From: Anthoceros angustus
Taxonomy: Eukaryota; Plantae; Anthocerotophyta
Direction of reading: 5' to 3'
Assembly: GCA_010909165.1 (NCBI GenBank)
Contig: VJWM01000324.1
Location: 5,559 to 69,558, forward strand
Length of the DNA: 64,000 nucleotides
Under the pieces are notes generated by a model. That model ran no database searches, was not told the origin of the DNA, and saw nothing but the letters and a program-made list of their open reading frames with translations. Numbering within the stretch: position 1 is the stretch's first letter; each line of letters begins with the position of its first letter. The translations under genes and the position numbers were made by a program. Below, one piece after another: positions 62,301 through 64,000 of this stretch.

Positions 62301-62528
62301 GCGGTGGCGAATCCACCATCGGTGGAACCCTGCCGGTGGTAACACCATGGTCGTGGGCTCGGACATTGAGTTGATTATGGTGGGTAGGGCGGTTGTAGGA
62401 GGACTAGAATCCATAGTTTTAGAACATCTTGACACAAAACCATTCCCTTGGGATCGAATCCTAGGACTATAACGACATAGAGGGTAAATGTGGCCTCTTT
62501 GCGTCTTGGATGCAAAACCCATTTCACA
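56340..62528 (+). mobile_element. Internally deleted Ty3/gypsy (Athila-like) LTR retrotransposon with ~2.06-kb LTRs
   Basis: LTRs at 56340-58406 and 60479-62528. PBS TGGCGCTTCGGGG (58410), resembling tRNA-Asp TGGCGCCGTTGCCGGGG. gag FEELKNAFCERF and ETLQAYVERF. RT remnant VTKKDH...SFLDGY. PPT AAGTGAGAAGGGAG before 60479. Confidence 0.9.
57660..58220 (+). repeat. Two short tandem arrays inside the LTR (also in the 3' LTR at ~61820-62340)
   Basis: ~19-bp GGTCTGTGGCCCAAG-type units at 57660-57820. ~18-20-bp self-complementary CCACCACGGCGGTGGCGAA-type units at 58055-58220. Confidence 0.85.
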
Positions 62529-64000
62529 CCGCCTCTTACTCGGTACCGGCCCAGCAGTCGGATATCAACCAAACGTTGGTGGTCCTCTTGGTTGTGCTCA
62601 AGATCGCCAGCTGTCCCCTATCTTCTCCTTGCCTTGAGGGGCTCACCACCCCTTCTTCCTCCTTTGGGCGGTTGTAGGTCACTGTGATCTCCAAGGTCCA
62701 TCGTCAGTCCTCCTGAGGTTCTTGGACCCGAACCTCGCTGTTACTGGCCGCCAACATCTTCCTCAAGTAACTCCCGGACCCGCTGCAGTGACGCTTATCG
62801 AACGCGTCCAAACCGCCGAATACATCCAGTGCCACTCAACTAATTCTTCCCGCTTCCTCCGGGCCCAGGGGCCTTCCAAAGTCCGATAGCGCCCGTGTCA
62901 CACGTTGCGCTTCTCACGAGGTTCCATGGTTCCCCAAACTTCCGCTGCAGTTGGGTGCCACGCTTGCCGTCTCCCTTGTTGTCAGAGCCGGGCCGACCGG
63001 AGTTCACTGGCCGCACGATGCGCCTCCTCGCCCGCCGCTCCAACCCCTGCAGCAACCATATTTCGCCGAAAGGTGCTTGGGCGCTCAAAGAGATAAGCGC
63101 CAGAGAGCCGGGTTATGGATGCGCAGAGATCGCGAGAATTGTTCTAGGCCGCAATGAAACGACTCTCCCCTTCGCCGCTGAGTAACTGGGCTGAAGGCGC
63201 CCGTCTGTGAATCGCTGTGAGGTGCATCGATATTATTTCACCTTACTTACTCCGCTTACTCACGGCCTTCTGTACGCATGCGTACTACGGCTCTTACGCC
63301 AAGGCACCGCGGCGCCAATACCTGCTATAACGGCCTCGCAAGGCTATTGACCGGTGCCACGATGCCCGGCCTCCACTCGTGGCCCACCGTGGCGTAGCCG
63401 CTTATGTCTGGCCCTCACGGCTCAATCTCTAAGTTACTTCCACAGGCGTACGATCCTGCTGGGACTGGAGGGTCCGGACTTATCCTGCTACTTCCAGGGG
63501 CCGTAGTCCGGTTGCACTGCCATAGGTCCGGGTCAGGAATCGTTGCCCATCTGGAGTCCGGAGTATACCTGAGTGCAGTCCAGTAGTGCTATCCATGCTT
63601 ATTCCTCCTTTTCCACTTCTCTTTATTTTATCCTCCGCCTCCTACGAAAAAACAAAACCCTACTTATTTCTTAACCCCTGCAGTCCGTAGGTCCACTGCT
63701 ACCGCCATGGACGGTATGCTTTAGTCTCACGGTCAGCCGAGTATAGACCCAAGAAGTGGAGGCCACCCGGGCCAAGGATGGTGGAACTCCAGGGGCCAGA
63801 GGCGGCTCAAGCGGCCGAAAGAAGTGGAGTCACCTCGCGCGAACTCTTGGCAAAAGCGAGGACGGCTCAGCCACCGCTTCGCTTGCGAGACGACGGAGTT
63901 CGTCGCGATTGCGGCAGTTTGCGCAAGAAATTAGCGAATTCGGTCTGCCTCGGTCGCCTCGTCGCCTTGCCCGACGGGAACGACAAGCGTGGATACCGCA

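Larger units (their letters stand above)
51350..63696 (-). mobile_element. Complete family A element (~4.6 kb net), inverted, with an internal duplication and a nested LTR retrotransposon
   Basis: Ends TGTG(G)CGCGAC and GTCCAC(A). CTGCT at 51346-51350 and 63696-63700 is a candidate TSD. Long frameshifted minus-strand ORF from ~63150 to 52376. Confidence 0.75.

Overview
Land-plant genomic DNA with short spliceosomal introns, high gene density and a flagellar-type gene, so most likely a plant with motile sperm (bryophyte/hornwort-like; this is inference). A clean gene island at about 11.9-40.8 kb holds a PHR1/PHL-type MYB-CC factor, an axonemal-dynein-light-chain-domain (AXDND1-like) protein, a caffeoyl shikimate esterase, an EXORDIUM/PHI-1 protein, a PMD-like tail-anchored coiled-coil protein, condensin II CAP-D3, a frameshifted VPS28 and a broken secreted (GN)n-repeat gene. 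Both flanks (1-10.7 kb and 40.8-64 kb) are nests of copia and gypsy LTR retrotransposons, plus one TIR element and two kb-scale tandem duplications. The best novelty candidate is a prokaryote-type beta-class N4C/N6A DNA amino-methyltransferase reading frame inside the right TE nest (about 46.3-47.1 kb). Second is a multicopy ~4.6 kb TGTGG...CCACA element with one non-RT ORF and a 5-bp TSD. Tandem P1BS sites sit upstream of the PHR-like gene. Many TE frameshifts fall at CG/CHG sites and may be long-read errors. All homology calls come from motif recognition, not database searches.
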